Positions 14,905 to 28,798 are shown, numbered from the whole stretch's first letter. The stretch: DNA of 52,510 nucleotides, filler included, from Basidioascus undulatus (GCA_000826855.1; 4 parts of 4 records of this genome joined end to end with filler, not necessarily neighbours in it), one strand, 5' to 3'. The notes: generated from the letters alone by a model not told the origin. A program made the numbers and translations.

Positions 14905-16332
14905 TCAACACGGTAGTGACTCACCAAGTCGATTACATGCGAGCTGTAATAGATGCAACTCAATGAGGACTGCGAGCAGAGTAGAGCTAAGAGCGGGCTT
15001 GGTGGTTCTTGTCAAAAGTAGAACAGATAAAATCTCTGCGTGTTTAGGAACCTCATAGCCCATTTGCCTACCGAAGAGATCCCGCTGCGTTGCGCGAGCT
15101 CCACGAGCGCCGTGAGGCCTTGCTCGAAAGCGACTCCACTTGTGGCCCACGAACGTGTTGGATGTCGACTCCAGATCGGAGACCTGGACCATCACGACCC
15201 CCCAGCGTATCGTGTTGAAGACTCCCCAGGCTGCCGCGTATGAGTTTCCCATACCGAGCTACAACCGCCAATTTCGCTGTCAGGTGAGCGTCCTCGCTGC
15301 CGCGCAATAACCTGAGAAACACGAACCACCCCGTGTACTAGATTTAGATAGATGGCATCTCTTATCGCGGTTTCCGTGAAAGCTCACGCGCCTGGACGAG
15401 AAGTACTTTGAGGCTGCGCAGCGAAACGCGGGGCCGCTCCTCAACATTGCTCGACCGCAGCCTACGAGAGAAAGAGAAAGTACGCCAGACCGGCAGCGAA
15501 GGCGAGGAGCTCGCAAACGAGGCGGATGGTCGCCTGAGTCAAGACAGTGGGTGTTACGCCGGGCATGTGGAAGGTCGAAAGAAACAGCAGGTCGAGCACG
15601 ATGTTCAGGACGGTCTTGCTTGACAGACGAGATGAAGAGCGGCGCGTCGCGGCTTGTCGATCGCTCTTCTCGCGAGCGAGACGGAGACTTCGACCTTCAA
15701 TGCGAGGGCCGAGAACGCGGAGATGGGGACATATTTGACGGATATTGCTTGGGCAGAGGGAACGAACGCGGCGGCGAAGCGAGGCGCAGCGCCGAGAAAG
15801 ACGATGGACAGCAGGAAACCGGCGATGGTTTGGACGAGGATGAGGGTGTAGGTGAAAGTCTAGATGTTGAGGATATAGAAAGGTCGTCGCCGATTGTGGA
15901 CCATGCCGCCGAGGCAACCCCTCGTTGAGGGTCTCGGTGACGGTCGAGAGGTAGGTGTATGCGTGGGTGGTGGAGACGACTGTAAACGGTCTCGATAAGC
16001 TTGCCTTGCCCATTTAGTGGAGAACGTTGGGACATGCGAAGGTGAAGAATCAATCTGTGCCACCCAAAGCTTGGAAAGGGTTGAAATAGAGCGCAGGAAG
16101 AAGAAAGGCAGCGAGGTTGAAGAGCAGCGCTCCGGAGGTAGCTGCCATCTCCAACTCCGAAAGAGCCGTGCATTGCACGGTGTTCATGAAAACTCAGTGC
16201 ACCGCTCTCTGGACCACCATTTCCCACTCCTGGACCACACTGAGGACTCTTGAGTCGGCGCGAGAACTCAGGCTCTGGCGACTTGTCACGTTCGAGCTCT
16301 ACCTCCTCAATGTCGACAGGTGGATTGGTCAT
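14905..16332 (-). pseudogene. Degenerate fungal MATE-like membrane transporter
   Basis: Colinear pieces in different frames: GALLFNLAAFLLPALY / STLSKLWVAQIDSS / TTHAYTYLSTVTETLNEGLPR / AAWSTIGD / ILVQTIAGFLLSIVF / KTVLNIVLDLLFLSTFH / [18 protein letters not shown]. Several frameshifts are not explained by introns. Boundaries are approximate. Confidence 0.65.
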
Positions 16333-16697
16333 GATGAGACGATAGCTTGGGAAGGCCAAACACGTGGAAGAATCATCATCGATCTCTTTGTTCCGAGCGA
16401 ACGAGGAAGTGGAGGATGCCGGCGCGAGGTTCGAGGTTGTCGCATAACGAAAGGTTCCACTGCCCCTGCAGAACGCTGCGATGGCCAAACACAAATCCAA
16501 CGTCAGTTCGTTCAACTCAACTTGCAGCCTCGCATAATGCAGTACACCGCCAATAACAGTCAAAATTACTGCAAGCTGCGTCAAGGAAGCTCGCTAGGCA
16601 TGAAGCTCGCTATCTGTCTGTCATGGCGATGGTGCGAATGCGTCCAGGCTGATCCAGCATCGAGCAAAGGAAGTAGCATGGTATGCGGAACGACATC

Positions 16698-18099
16698 TCA
16701 GTACTTCATCCTAGCCGTCCACATTTCCTTCCCCTCCTCGTCCTTCAAACTCCGACAGAACTTCAGCACCAGCTTCTCCCGCTCCTTGGCATCACCGAGG
16801 TCCGCAAGGAACGGCAGCATCTCGCCCGCGTACCACTTCGCGCGGACAAGGAAAAGCTCGGCGAAGCGCTCGGCGGGAGTCGGGGAGAGCGCGGAGAGCG
16901 GGAAGTACGAGAGCGAAGAGGGCGGCGTCGGTAGGTACTGCCCTGAGAGGAGGGGCAGCGCGACGTGCGGGTGGAATGTGTCGGGGAGCTTGGAGCGCCA
17001 GGACGAGAGGAAGTCGGACTGCTTCACCTCGGTCTGAACCGAATCACAAGCAGGTCAGTCTGGGCCCTGTCTCCGGGAAGAGGAGAAAAGAAGCGCACCT
17101 CGTAGCCCCTCAGAACGCCCAACCCTACCTCCCGTACGACCTCCTCCACGTCCAAGCTCCATCGACCTTGCCGACCCTCCGCTTCCTCACCCACTAACGG
17201 TCGCCCAAACCACCCCAGTGCAATGAGCGCAACTTCGCGCCGAAAGTCGTGCTCGTCGACCAGCGCGTCGAGCACCTCGTCGACCGGAAAGTCGCTGGGC
17301 GAGGATGGGGCGTCGAGGAGAGTGAGGGTGGTAAGGAGGGCGTCGAGGAGGTTGGAAAGGTGGGATTGGGAAAGGGGGCGGAATTCGCCTACAATCGGCG
17401 AGGTTTAGCACAAGAAATCCTGTGAGGATGCTGAGAAAGACGCACCATCCAACGACACGATCCGCCGGCTCTTCAGGCCTTCGTCCAGCTCAGTTTCCGA
17501 CGCCTGCACCACGCTCTCCAGCTGAGCCCGATTGAACCGCCGCCTTTTGAGCTGCCACTCCGCCTCTAAATGAGCCTCGAGCTTGAGTCTTCCCTCCAGC
17601 ATGGCGAAGTACTCACCGGTCTACCACTGTTTATCTGTTCCTCGTCTTCCCCCGAGTACACCGCCTCTCCCAGCAGCGCGTCCAGCCTCTCGAGGCGGGG
17701 AGGTACGGGCATCGCCTCGAAGATCGCGTCGAACTCGTCGCGGATCTCGAGTACGTTGTCATCGTCGTCCGAGGCGGAAAGGAGGATGAGCGAATTGGAG
17801 TGGGAGACTTGGCGGAGCGCGTAGGTCGCGCTCGGCGTGCACAGGACGGCGTCGTCCGAGGGTCGGCCCTTGATGGTGAGACTATCATGAAAGGTCAAAA
17901 TGAACGCATTAGCGCTGCCCCGAACGAAAGGCCCGAACGAGAGTGCTCACGTCGCCGACGACGCCGCTCCGCCCTTGGACGCGTCTTCGAGAAGCTTGCA
18001 CAGCTCCTTTGGCAGTTCGAGCAGCTTGTACGCCTCAGTGCCGGGCGCTGAGGGGAATCGGATCGTGAGCTCCTTTGCTGAAGACGTCGGCGCTGGCAT
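16698..18099 (-). CDS. DCC1: Sister chromatid cohesion protein Dcc1 (Ctf18-RFC subunit), spliced
   Basis: YKLLELPKEL, LTIKGRPSDDAVLCTPSATYALRQVSHSNSLIL, PAERFAELFLVRAKW...PFLADL...LVLKFCR. Confidence 0.88.
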
Positions 18100-18319
18100 G
18101 TTGGAGGGTGCGGGTGGAGAGGAAGGTAGATGAAGGCGGGAGGCAACCGGGAACACGACGCGTCCAAGCGTCCGAACTTTGGAACGCGCTCTCGACGCGT
18201 CAAGCCCTGAAATTGCGGGTCGCGACTGGGTCGACTACCGACCATCACCACCACATCGACTTTCTTACCGCCTTGCAATCGTCCTCTTATCCACAAACAC
18301 GCTCCCTAAGCACATTGTC

Positions 18320-19782
18320 ATGCCCCCTCGCAAGCGCGTCCGTGCCGAGTCAGTCTCCTCCAACGGGTCCGCCGCCGCCGACGACACGCCGACAGACGCT
18401 GCCCCGCCGTCGGTATCACTGAACACGCCCCTGCTCGAGTCCTACACCTGGCATTCAGAGATACCCGAACAGATCTTGAACCCCCTCACGGAGATGCCGC
18501 TGCCGGAGGACGGGAGCGAGGAGAGCCCGGAGCAGCGCGAGGCGAGGGATGAGGAGCGGAGGGGAAAGAGGGTCATGCTGGGTGTCGACGAGGCTGGCAG
18601 AGGGCCGGTTCTCGGTGAGTCTTCGCGTTTGTTTCCTCCAAAGAGTATGTTGATTGAGAGGATCTTCAGGCCCGCTCGTGTATGGCATCGCGTATTGCCC
18701 CATCAACTTCCTCGAGAAGCTCAAGGAGATCGGCTTCGCAGGTATACTCGCCCTCCTCACAAATCAAACGCGCCACATGAGCTGATGTCCATCCCTCGTC
18801 CAGACTCCAAAACCCTCACCGCCGAGTCCCGATCCACGCTCCTCCGCACGTTCGCCGCGCACGCGCACGCCCTGGGATGGGCCGTCCGCGTCATGGCCCC
18901 GCAGGACATCAGCGCGGGCATGCTCAAGCGGCACCCGTACAACCTCAACGCGCAGTCCCACGACGCGACCATTTCGCTCATCCAGGATGTGATGGACAAG
19001 GGGATCGACCTTGCCGAAGTTCGCGACTCAGATTCATTAACCGTTGCGGGACTCTGGCTGACGATTGCGGTCGGCATGCAGGTCTATGTCGACACCGTCG
19101 GACCGGCACAGTCGTACCAGACCAAGCTCGAGGGCCGGTTCCCTGGCATCAGTTTCACTGTCGCGTCCAAGGCCGACTCGCTCTTCCCGATCGTCTCTGC
19201 CGCGTCCATCGCGGCCAAGGTGACGCGCGACACCATCGTCGAGGGCTGGACCTTCGGGGAAAGCGGAAGCGTCGGGAAGGTGGCGAAGGTGGCGGCCGCA
19301 GAGGCCGACACAGCTCCTACGAAGAAGAAAGTTAGAGACGATAACGGCGAGGGCGAGACGAAGGCGGACGGACCGGCGGAGAGTGTGAACGACGAGCTCG
19401 GCAGCGGGTACCCAGGAGGTACGCTCTTCCGCCGTTGCTTATTCCTCCCCACCTCCTCTGATATCAGATGTCTGGCAGACCCGCGCACGGTCGCTTGGCT
19501 CAAGAACCACTTCGACAACGTCTTTGGCTATCCGCAGGTGGCGCGCTTCAGCTGGGCGACGGTCAAAACCATTTTGGAGAAGAAGGGCGTCACGGCGACT
19601 TGGTGCGTCGGTTTCGCACCTGGGGCTTGGCGTAACGGGTGCAACCAAACTGACCCCATGGGTCTTCCATCAGGATCGACGAGCCTAAACCTCTCAGCCA
19701 ATATTTCAGCACTCAGCCTGCCAACGCGAAGCGGCCGGCTGCGCTGAAGGAGCTCGGGCTGGTATCTGTTTCAGACCTGTAG
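18320..19782 (+). CDS. RNH201: Ribonuclease H2 catalytic subunit A, spliced
   Basis: GVDEAGRGPVLG, DSKTL, YNLNAQSHD, VYVDTVG, KADSLFPIVSAASIAAKVTRD, GSGYP, RFSWATVK. Confidence 0.95.
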
Positions 19783-21279
19783 TTGCGTTTAGGCGATTTT
19801 ATTCGAGATTTGAGATCTCCGTAGCGATATCGGTATTGGCCTTTCGCAGTTGCTGTTGGGCAGCGGCTCTCAGGGCAGATGGACAAGAGATCGGTATAGG
19901 AGTACACGAAGGGTCGAATACAGCGGGGAACGGCATACAGAGCATCTTCAAGAAGAACTGCGTACATCTCCTATGTGCGTCTTGTCTTCGTCTACCCCCC
20001 TTTCGGCCTTTCACGTCGCGCTCGGACTTTTCTTACGCTATCGCAGCCGAACTTTCACCATCCGGGCGCTCGACAAGACGTCAAGGCGGCACTTGCTTTC
20101 AATGCTGCTTAGAGAGATCTAAGTGCTGGTAACAATGCACTTGTCGTTTGAAGCCGGGTGCCACTGAACGACCTGATCTCCTTCGCCGACGTAGAGGGTT
20201 TCTGGCTAAAAGCACCTGCGATTCCACATAGACAGGTAGGTGGATAGCGGGGCGGACTTCGTGGATGAATCATGGCATGCAGTCCACGCAGGATGCACAA
20301 TACGGTTCTTGCCTGCGAGGCAGCTGGTCGTCAGATGCTGTGTCCCGCTGTCGGTACATACGCTACCGTAAGTCTCTGTATTGGCCGCCATGAGCATGTG
20401 CGCAAGTTTCTGTTGAGCTTTGAGTGAGTAAAGCGAGGTTCACTGAACACGAGCGACGTCGCGACGTCGATTTCCCACTGGTCTGCTCAACGACAACGTC
20501 GGGAAGATCCTCGTTTTTTAGTGTGTCTCACCAGTCGACCCTCGACCTCATAGCCGTTCCTCCGTGTGCCTTCTCCTTCGGCTATTTACTTGTGATCAAA
20601 GATATTGCATGTATCATTAATAGGCGTGTAAACCCATCTAGGTACCCGCAAACCCTTTCACATTATTAATGCCAAGGCAACAGCACCCTTGCGTGAGTGA
20701 GAGGTTGACGCTCGACGGCCGTCGTCCTCCGCCTGGGTGACGACCTTTGCGACCCCGATCCCTTGCTCCACATTGTAATCGTGCAGCCCTTTATTAACCT
20801 TCGTACATGGAGTCCAGACAAGGCCGAAAGCAGTCAAGCCTTGCGGGCCTCCCGCTCTGCAACACCCTTTCGTAGCGGAGCTCCTCGTGGAGAGTTGCCC
20901 GCGTATATACTTGAAGCCCAACGAGAAAATGTGCGTTCGCCCCAGCTTACCAAAGCCCATGGCAAGGTACCGAGGGCGTGAATGGGCGATGAGGTTTGGG
21001 GTTGTTTTGGGACTCCTCTTCGAAAATGCGTCCATTCTGGGTGGGCCGATGCCCTCCCCAAGAGCACTCGAGCTGTGTGGTCTCGGCAAGCCTTCATCGT
21101 TACTGTCATTTTTGGTGTTCACCCTTGAAGACGGGCCGCGGGGTGAGGATGAAAACTGCCTTGTTTATAAGCTGGACCTCTCTCGCTCGTCGTCCGTTTC
21201 TGCCAAGCCCCACCGCTCCCTCCTCCTCCCAGGTCTCCTCGGCAATACCCCTTCCCCTCCTTCAAGTCCGCCGCACACC

Positions 21280-21885
21280 ATGATGTTCACTCGTTCTGCT
21301 GCTGCCGCCCTCGCCCTCCTTGCCGGTGTCGCGTCTGCTCTTCCCACCCCTGCCAACGAGACCTCTCAAGTCAAGAAGCGCGACAGCTGGGGGACTGCCA
21401 CCTATTACAACGTGAGCTCTTTGATTTTCGCCCCCCCCCCTCTTGCATGTACGAGCCAGGCTGACGGGTTACCAACGCACCCAGACCGAGACGGGCAACC
21501 AAGGAGCGTGCGGTTCTTGGTTGAACAACAACGCTTGGACTGTTGCCGTGAACTCGGCCCAGTTCCAGGGCAACTGGTAAGCCGATGGCATGTGCAATGC
21601 AGCGTTGCGCAAGGAACGTGTGCTAACTGCGGGTTGGTATAGCTGGCGCGGTATCACTATTCGCAACCCGGACACCAACCAGCAGCAGTGGGCTCAGGTA
21701 AGCTACCGAGTGCAGCATCTTTTCTGCTCCCACCCAGGTTGTTGACGCCATCCCTCTGCCAGGTCGTCGACGAGTGCCCGACGTGCGCATGGGGCGCCAT
21801 CGATCTCACTCCCGGCCTCTTCCAAGCTCTCGTCCCCGGCGGTCTCGGACAGGGGACCCAGAACGTGCAATGGTGGTGGTCTTAA
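21280..21885 (+). CDS. Secreted expansin-like/RlpA double-psi beta-barrel (loosenin/barwin-like) protein, spliced
   Basis: Signal peptide, KR site, GTATYY..GNQGACG, VAVNSAQF, VVDECPTCAWGAIDLTPGLF; three GT-AG introns. Confidence 0.88.
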
Positions 21886-22718
21886 GCTGGTGGCCCGAAT
21901 CGTGTAAACTACTTCTCTTTCTCGGTTAGCGGGACAAAGTGCTTGTGATCGCTATTCTAGGTGTGGGTTGGGTGGCCTGCAGGTGACCGTGAGTGTGCAC
22001 GCGCGTGGGTGGAAGATTGGTGGAAAACATCTGCCGACAAAATGCCTCTCCATTGCGCTTGCTCATTTAGGAAGTACTGCTGTACCGGAACAACATGTTC
22101 TTAATAAATCAAAAGCGTTCAGTTTGGCTTGAGTCTACCATCTTCCCGAGGGTTTGGCCTAATGTTGCCAGTTGTCCGTGTGGCATCACCCACTCGCTCA
22201 CCAGCAGATACTGCAGACAACGCTGCATGTTACTAGTTGGCATAGATACACAAACACGTCTCAAGAATCTAGACGTCTCCATATGAATGCAATTGCCAGT
22301 ACTATCGGTGCAGGCCGTGCAGGACTCACCACCGTTGGCAGACAATGCGCCCAGCAAGTTCCGTCCGTCATCTGACGCTGTGAATTAACACTTTCGTTCG
22401 ACCATTGCAGGAAACTGCAGTAATTAGGAGAAAGGGGAAATGGTAGCGTGAGAACAACTCATGTTGCTTGTTTCTTCCGACGCAGCTTGACGCAGCAACC
22501 GGTCTGCATCGGCGTCGACTGCATGATCGTCACTTTCAACGGTCCCTCGAGGGGTTCCGTCTTAGTTGTCGCTCCTCGAGTGTAGCCGGCCGATACACAA
22601 CGATTATGAGTATTCACAAGTACGAACGAGGTCAAGTTATGTCTGATCACGCTCGGGTGCCCTCACCATGTCAGAAACATCAAGGTGGTCAAACGCATGC
22701 GTCTCACTGTCCCACCGC

Positions 22719-24732
22719 TCATCGACGCGCTCCTCCCCTCGCCGCGTCTGCCACGCCCCTCGCCGCCGCCTCAACCGCGTACCTTCCTAGCGATCCCGCA
22801 AGGCGCGCCGCCCCGCCAACCATCTCGGCGGCCTTCCCGACGCCCTCCATCCCTCCCGCCAGCGCGTCCCACACGCCACCCGTCCTGGCGGGGCCCGCCG
22901 TCGCGCTCCCGCCCGCCTGGCCAATGATGAGGTCCTTGAGCCCCGCAAGCTCATTGACGACCTCCAGCCCGACGCTGCGCGCCCACACTGCGGGCGGGGC
23001 TTCCAGCGCGTACAGCTTGTGCAGCTTGTCCGTCGCGCTCAGGAGCGCGTGGTTCGCGACGTAGCGCTCGCGCGGGTAGTCCAGCAAGGCAGTGTGCGAC
23101 CCCACGTCTGCGCCTGCGCGCGCTGCCCGCTCGAGTACCGCCGCCAAGGACGCCACGTCAGCCAGGCCCATGTTGAGGCCCTGGCCTGCCAGCGGGTGCA
23201 CCGTGTGCGCGGCGTCGCCGACGAGGGCGGTGCGCGTCCCCGTGTACGACTCTGCGTGCGAGAAGCGGAGCGGGAAGGAGGCGGTTGAGCCGGGCTGGAC
23301 GGACGTGACGAGCGGAGGGAGGGACGCGGCTTCGGGGTCGGGCACGCCAGTCTGGGAGGTGGCCAGGGAGGAGAGGGCCGAGTGCGGGGAGATCCCGGCG
23401 CGCTGCTCGAGCGTGCTGAGGAGGGTGCGCAGGTCGGTTGCGGAGGGGGGGGTGGCGGACGCGGAGGAGAGGAGGGAGTGGATTTCGGAGATGGCTGCCC
23501 ATGGGAGACGGAACGCAGCGTTGATGAGCAGTGCGAGCGCGTCCGGCTCGACGCGCTTAAGCTGCGCGGCGAGCTCAGGGCGCGTGGACCAGACGAGGGA
23601 CGCCCGGCCCGCGGGGAGCGGGAGGAACGCGACCGGCCCTGACGGGAGGAAGCGCTGGAAGGCGGTCGTCGTGTGGTGCGGGGCTGAGGGGAGCGGCGGG
23701 AGGGGCGTGTACGATAGGGTAGAGACGACCCCGTGCGTCGGGTATGCCCACCCGTAGGATTCGATCTTGGAGAAGTGTCGGACGGGTGAGTTGGGCCCGT
23801 CTGCGCCGATCTGTCCATCCCCCCACCCAAAGCACCCTCAGCTTCCACATCCACCGTCCCATATCCCTCTCCCCTCCCAAAAATAGACGCACCAGCAGCC
23901 TCGCCCTCACCCTCTCCCCGCCCTCGAGCTCCAGGACCGGCCACCCGCCCTCGTCCCGCTCGATCCCGCCGACCTTCCTGCCTTCGAGTACGCGCACGCC
24001 CGTCGCGCGCTCCACGTGCCGCAGCAGCGCCCGCTGGATGTTCACGTTCTCCACGATGCGCGCCATCTCGGTCGACCCGCCTGGGGGCGCGAACGCGATG
24101 CGCGCGCCAGAGAGCCCGTCCCAGACTTGCATGTCCTGGATCGGCGCCGTGCGCGCGAGGGAGAGGTGCGGGGTCGTGCCGATTTCTGAAGGGGACGGAA
24201 GGAGAGGGTTTAGCTTGAGTTGGAGGTAAGAGGGGGGAGAAGGGACGCAACGCGTGAGGAAAGCAAGGTTGGAAGCGTTCAGCGACACACAGCGGTTCTC
24301 GAACTGCCTGCTCTGCTCGTCCGGCGCCCACGCCCGCACCCGATCCAGCGACCCGCCCTCGACAAGCGCTATGCGCGCGGTCCTGCTCAGCGCAGGGGCA
24401 GTGCCTGTTCCGATCCGATGAACCCTCCAGCTCAGTCAGAGCCCGTCCACCGAGCAGCAGGTCGACGGAAGGGAGGGAGAAAGGACGAACGCACCCAGCG
24501 CCGCAGCGAGGGCCAGACCGGCCGGCCCACCACCGATGATCACAATATCGTACTGCTCCGTTGAGGAGCCCGACGCGGGCGCGGCGGGCGGGATGGGCGC
24601 GCTGGCGCTCGCGAAGGACCGGTGGGTCGCAGAGCCCGAAGGAGCGGGAGCGAGAGAGCGAGGGACGAGGGACGGGCGCGCTGGAGGGGCCACCAGCAGG
24701 CGCTGGGCGGCCCGGAGATAGGTGCGACGCAT
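22719..24732 (-). CDS. COQ6: Ubiquinone biosynthesis FAD-dependent monooxygenase Coq6, spliced
   Basis: Mitochondrial presequence, YDIVIIGGGPAGLALAAAL, ENRCVSL, MQVWDG, LVGDAAHTVHPLAGQGLNMGLAD. Confidence 0.93.
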
Positions 24733-25004
24733 TGTTGGGCTGGGGATGGGGTAGGCAACCAGAAAGCAAGAGGAGTGGATGGGAGGGAAGAGGGGAGGAG
24801 GGGAAGGAAGGGAAATGACGACGGCAGGCGAGCAACCGGGCCGGAGAGCGTCTTCTCGCTTCGCCCAGCTCGCTCGCGAGTCCTCTCGCAGTCTTCTTCC
24901 GATACTTTACGCTGTCTTCCCTTGCAACTTCCACCACTTCTCCTCCAATTCACACTGCACGCCACTATACACAACACATATCAGGTCCAACAGCGTGCAT
25001 GCCC

Positions 25005-26239
25005 TCAACCAAGCAGCCTCCACTCATCCAGCACAACCTCCTCCCCCTCCTTCCCGCCCTCCCCGCGCTCCGCATACAGCGCGCGCATCCGCTCCCTCTC
25101 CACCCACCCCCCTCCCTCAGTCTCGTACAGAGACGCAGTGATCTCGAGCGCGGAGATGACGCCCCCGTACGCGGAGGACATGCCCGTGTCGATGATCGTG
25201 ATGGTGCTGTTGCAGCGGGAGAGGAAGCGCTGTGGGAGGGGGTGTTAGAGAGGGGAGGAAGGGATGGATGGGAAGGATGAGAGAAGACACACTTCGAAGT
25301 TCGGCGTGTGCCCCATGATGTGTCGTCGGACGCGCATGAGCTGCGTGGCTTCCCGCGCAAGATCGCACACGACCTCCTCCTCCTCGAGCGCATACCCGCG
25401 GTACCTGTCCCACCCACACTCAATCCCAATCCTCATCCGGCCTCCAGCTCCTTGAATCACGTACCACCACGGCCCGTCCTCCTTCCACAGCGCCCTCTCC
25501 TCCTCCCCCAATCCCTCCGGCAATCCCCACTGCCCCACCCCCCGCGGATCCGCCTCCTGCTTCAGCGCCTCCCTTACGAAGTTCTTCCCCAACTCGTTCA
25601 AGCGTTCGGGGTAGGGCGCATACATCCCCTTGGCGTAATGCGGGTGCACCCCACCGTGGACGAAGGACGCCGCTGCGTCCTCGGGGAGGAGCGCGCGTGC
25701 GGAGGACGGGATGCCGGGGTGCGTGGGAGGGTAGTACGGGATTCGGGTTGTGAGAGTGTAGTTCGCTAGCCAGGTTTGGCCGATCCACCCGTGCAGGGAC
25801 ATCGCGCGCCGGCGCGCGGAGAGGGAGGGGAAGGTCGAGAGGTCGGAGGGCGTCACGTATCTGTTTGCCTCCCTCTCATTGCATCAGCCTGCCCACTCTA
25901 TTTTCCTGGCTTTTCTGAAAGGTATAAACGCACCTCCAGTCCCCAAGCGCATTCATAACCTCATGGTTGCCCAGCAGGTTCCTGACCTCCCCGCCGACCG
26001 CGTGCGCCTGGTCGCGCAACTGGTCAAAGTGCCTGTAAATCTTCTGCACGTCCGGCCCTCTGTCGACACAATCTCCAGTGCTGAGAGCCACCGTGTCCCC
26101 CCCGGCCCAGTTCCCCTCTTCGTCGATGAGGTCCGCGAGCTGGAGCGCGCGGAACATGACGGGGTGGTCGCCGTGCAGGTCGGCGATGGCGACGATTCGC
26201 CTGGGAGGGAGTGAGACTGCCTTTCGCCATTTCATAAAG
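25005..26239 (-). CDS. Calcineurin-like metallophosphoesterase (Shewanella-like phosphatase type), spliced, 5' end missing
   Basis: IADLHGD, TGDCVDRG, LGNHE, FVHGG, HIMGHT, IDTGMS. Confidence 0.88.
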
Positions 26240-26339
26240 NNNNNNNNNNNNNNNNNNNNNNNNNNNNNNNNNNNNNNNNNNNNTTAATTAATTAANNNNN
26301 NNNNNNNNNNNNNNNNNNNNNNNNNNNNNNNNNNNNNNN
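26240..26339. other. Artificial contig linker
   Basis: 100 nt of N with a central TTAATTAATTAA. Confidence 0.98.
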
Positions 26340-26974
26340 CCCCCTTCAGCTCGTTTTTCAGGCCGTCACAGGGATACTAAGCTTTCTCCTCCGGTATTCT
26401 CATACCTGAAACCGTCGTATGCGAGCTCCTGCTCTGCCAGATGCCAGAACACAAGATGGGTGGCGCTGTGGTAACTCAACCGTCGCTTCCGTTCATCGAA
26501 TTTCAATTCCTCATAATGGGTAGATATAGGAATGAGCTGATTACTACCTATCAAAGGGCCTCGACTTGGTTTTATGCCCATCGACGACTGACGTATCCTT
26601 TGGCTTTTGCGAACTGGAGGATGCTTCGACTGCCTGAGCGCTGGGGTGGTCCGCGCTTGGACCTACGAGTCAACATAACCCAAATATACAAGCCACTGCT
26701 AGGTACTGAACCTGCTGTAATGTGTCTTGCAAGTGTTTTTGTTGCTGCTTGCATACTTCGCGGCATGTGGTGCAGGTGAAAATCACTGTGGAGCAATACC
26801 TTCAGGGAAGGGCACGCTCGCATCGGTACAAACCATGCATGGCATGAATACATTTTGTATAATTAGGCGTGTCTCACACTCTCCTCCTCCCCGGCCCTCT
26901 CCCCCCCTCCCCTTTCCCTTATGACTACAGCTTCGATGACCATTTACTACTGGGTGGGAACTGGGAATTACATA

Positions 26975-27063
26975 GGCCGCTTAACTCAGTTGGTTAGAGT
27001 GTGGAGCTAATAAATGTCTGGTCTGGCACTCCAAAGTCGCAGGTTCGACCCCTGCAGTGGCCA
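26975..27063 (+). tRNA. tRNA-Ile(AAT) with a 15-nt intron (27013-27027)
   Basis: Acceptor stem GGCCGCT/AGTGGCC-A, D arm ACTCAGTTGGTTAGAGT, anticodon stem TGGAG/CTCCA with CT-AAT-A, T arm GCAGG-TTCGACC-CCTGC, downstream T-run terminator. Confidence 0.93.
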
Positions 27064-28798
27064 CTTCTTTTTCTTTATGCTCACGCATACGTGGCGGATT
27101 GGAGAGTGCGGAGCCATACAACGGCCACCAGACTTCATGGGAACTTGCACGAGTGCCCGATGACACTCTTTTTGGGAGGTCCAACTGACTGGCACTCATG
27201 TGGCACACTCAAGTCCGATTCGCACCCGGCCGTTCCTGAGTTGAAGAGAATAGACAAAATGACCAGTCTATCAAGATAGTCGCATAAAATCGTTCTCTCA
27301 ATTTTCTTTCGGAAGGGCAATTGAATGATTGTGCTCAGCAAAGCTTCAGGATACTGGACCAATGTGAAGTTTGCAATTAAGGGCCTGCATGCAGTACAGG
27401 CTCAAACTCCCTCGTCCTTCCGTGTTGATCGCTAGGACACCTTGAAGGATAACTCATGCTGTTCACCCTCAAAGATAGTGAAATCTTTCTCTGTTCACCA
27501 ATCCGGCAGTTCATTAAATTCCGAGACTGCATTGAACTGTCTGCCGCTGCATGATGCCGTGACTGCCGGACCGACGGGAGAAGGGACCTTGTCCAGTATG
27601 TCACTTTTGGAGGACTGTTAAAATTGAGGCGGTAGGAAGTATGTATTTGGAGCACTTGAGTATTACGAGCCAGCAAGAGCCCACCGCTCAAAGGTGCACA
27701 GCGTACGTCTTGTGCACAAACCGCCCCTAGCAATCGAGCGGTTCAATGGGATTCAATTCCTGACTTGCCTGCCCCAGATTTCAAGCGTAAACCCCAGGTG
27801 TCGCAGACATCAAGTGCAGCTCGCGGAGCTCTCCATCGAAGCCATCATCTAATGCTTTCATCAGACCACTGTACCTCTGCGAAATCCAGACAGTTCCGCT
27901 ATGTATAGTGTGATCACGCAATGTTCGAGTCAGTCGTTCCTCTGCTGGGAGTTATTTGTTATGTGCCCGGTGGACATAGTGTGTAGTACTCTGGTGGACA
28001 GTTCTTTCACGTTCGCCACTGTGCATCAGAGAGCTCCGAGTCACTCAGCAGCGTTCCCTGTCCGTCCCCAGGTATCCTCGGCGTCGAGAAAGCGGAGTCG
28101 TTGTGGCGATCTATCTGCAGCGAAGAGGCGGAGGCTTACTGCCTGGTATCGTCTCTTCTGCGTGCCCGGCGAGATCCAGAACCAGTGGATCTCAGGGGCG
28201 AGGATGAAGGCCGAAGGCCCCCACTGTCACGGTCGGGTGGCTTTTGCTATCCACTGTAAGTTACTGTCCCATGCCTTTCTCACATCTCCCTAGGAGAAGT
28301 ATCGCGCGTAGACAAGGCAGCCTTCTCTACCAAAAATCCTCCCAGTTGCAGTCTGTGCGAAGTTCAGAGAGAACACCGCGACAGGCTACACAATCCGGCA
28401 GTTGACAGCTGGCGGCCTCCCTCACTCGCTCGCCGTGACAGGCTTTCTCTCAGTAAACGTCCTCCCTCACCGTCTGTTTTTCCCCGGCAACACTACCGAA
28501 AGCACTCAGCTCTCCACGCCGGCTAGCGACACCAGCTCCTCAACGAGGCGGCACTGCCTCCACCAGGCGATCATTTTCACGTGCAATATGCATCCGGCTG
28601 CGCGGTGCGTGGGGAAGCCGACCCCTTCCCCACCCGCTTTGGCCTGAGCGCTGGTCCGCATCTTCCTTCTCCAATTTCACTCCTCCCGCCAACTACCACC
28701 TCCTCGCACTCTAAACTGACACAGAAATCAAGTTCGATCGAATCGAATCGAGCCTGATCGAAGAAAAGAAAGGGAACAGAAAAAGAGACAGACGAAGG

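Noticed and set aside
23039..24937. 632-aa ORF and other long Arg/Pro/Gly-rich ORFs in contigs 2-4
   Set aside because: Off-frame or antisense read-through of GC-rich spliced genes such as COQ6; no domain motifs.
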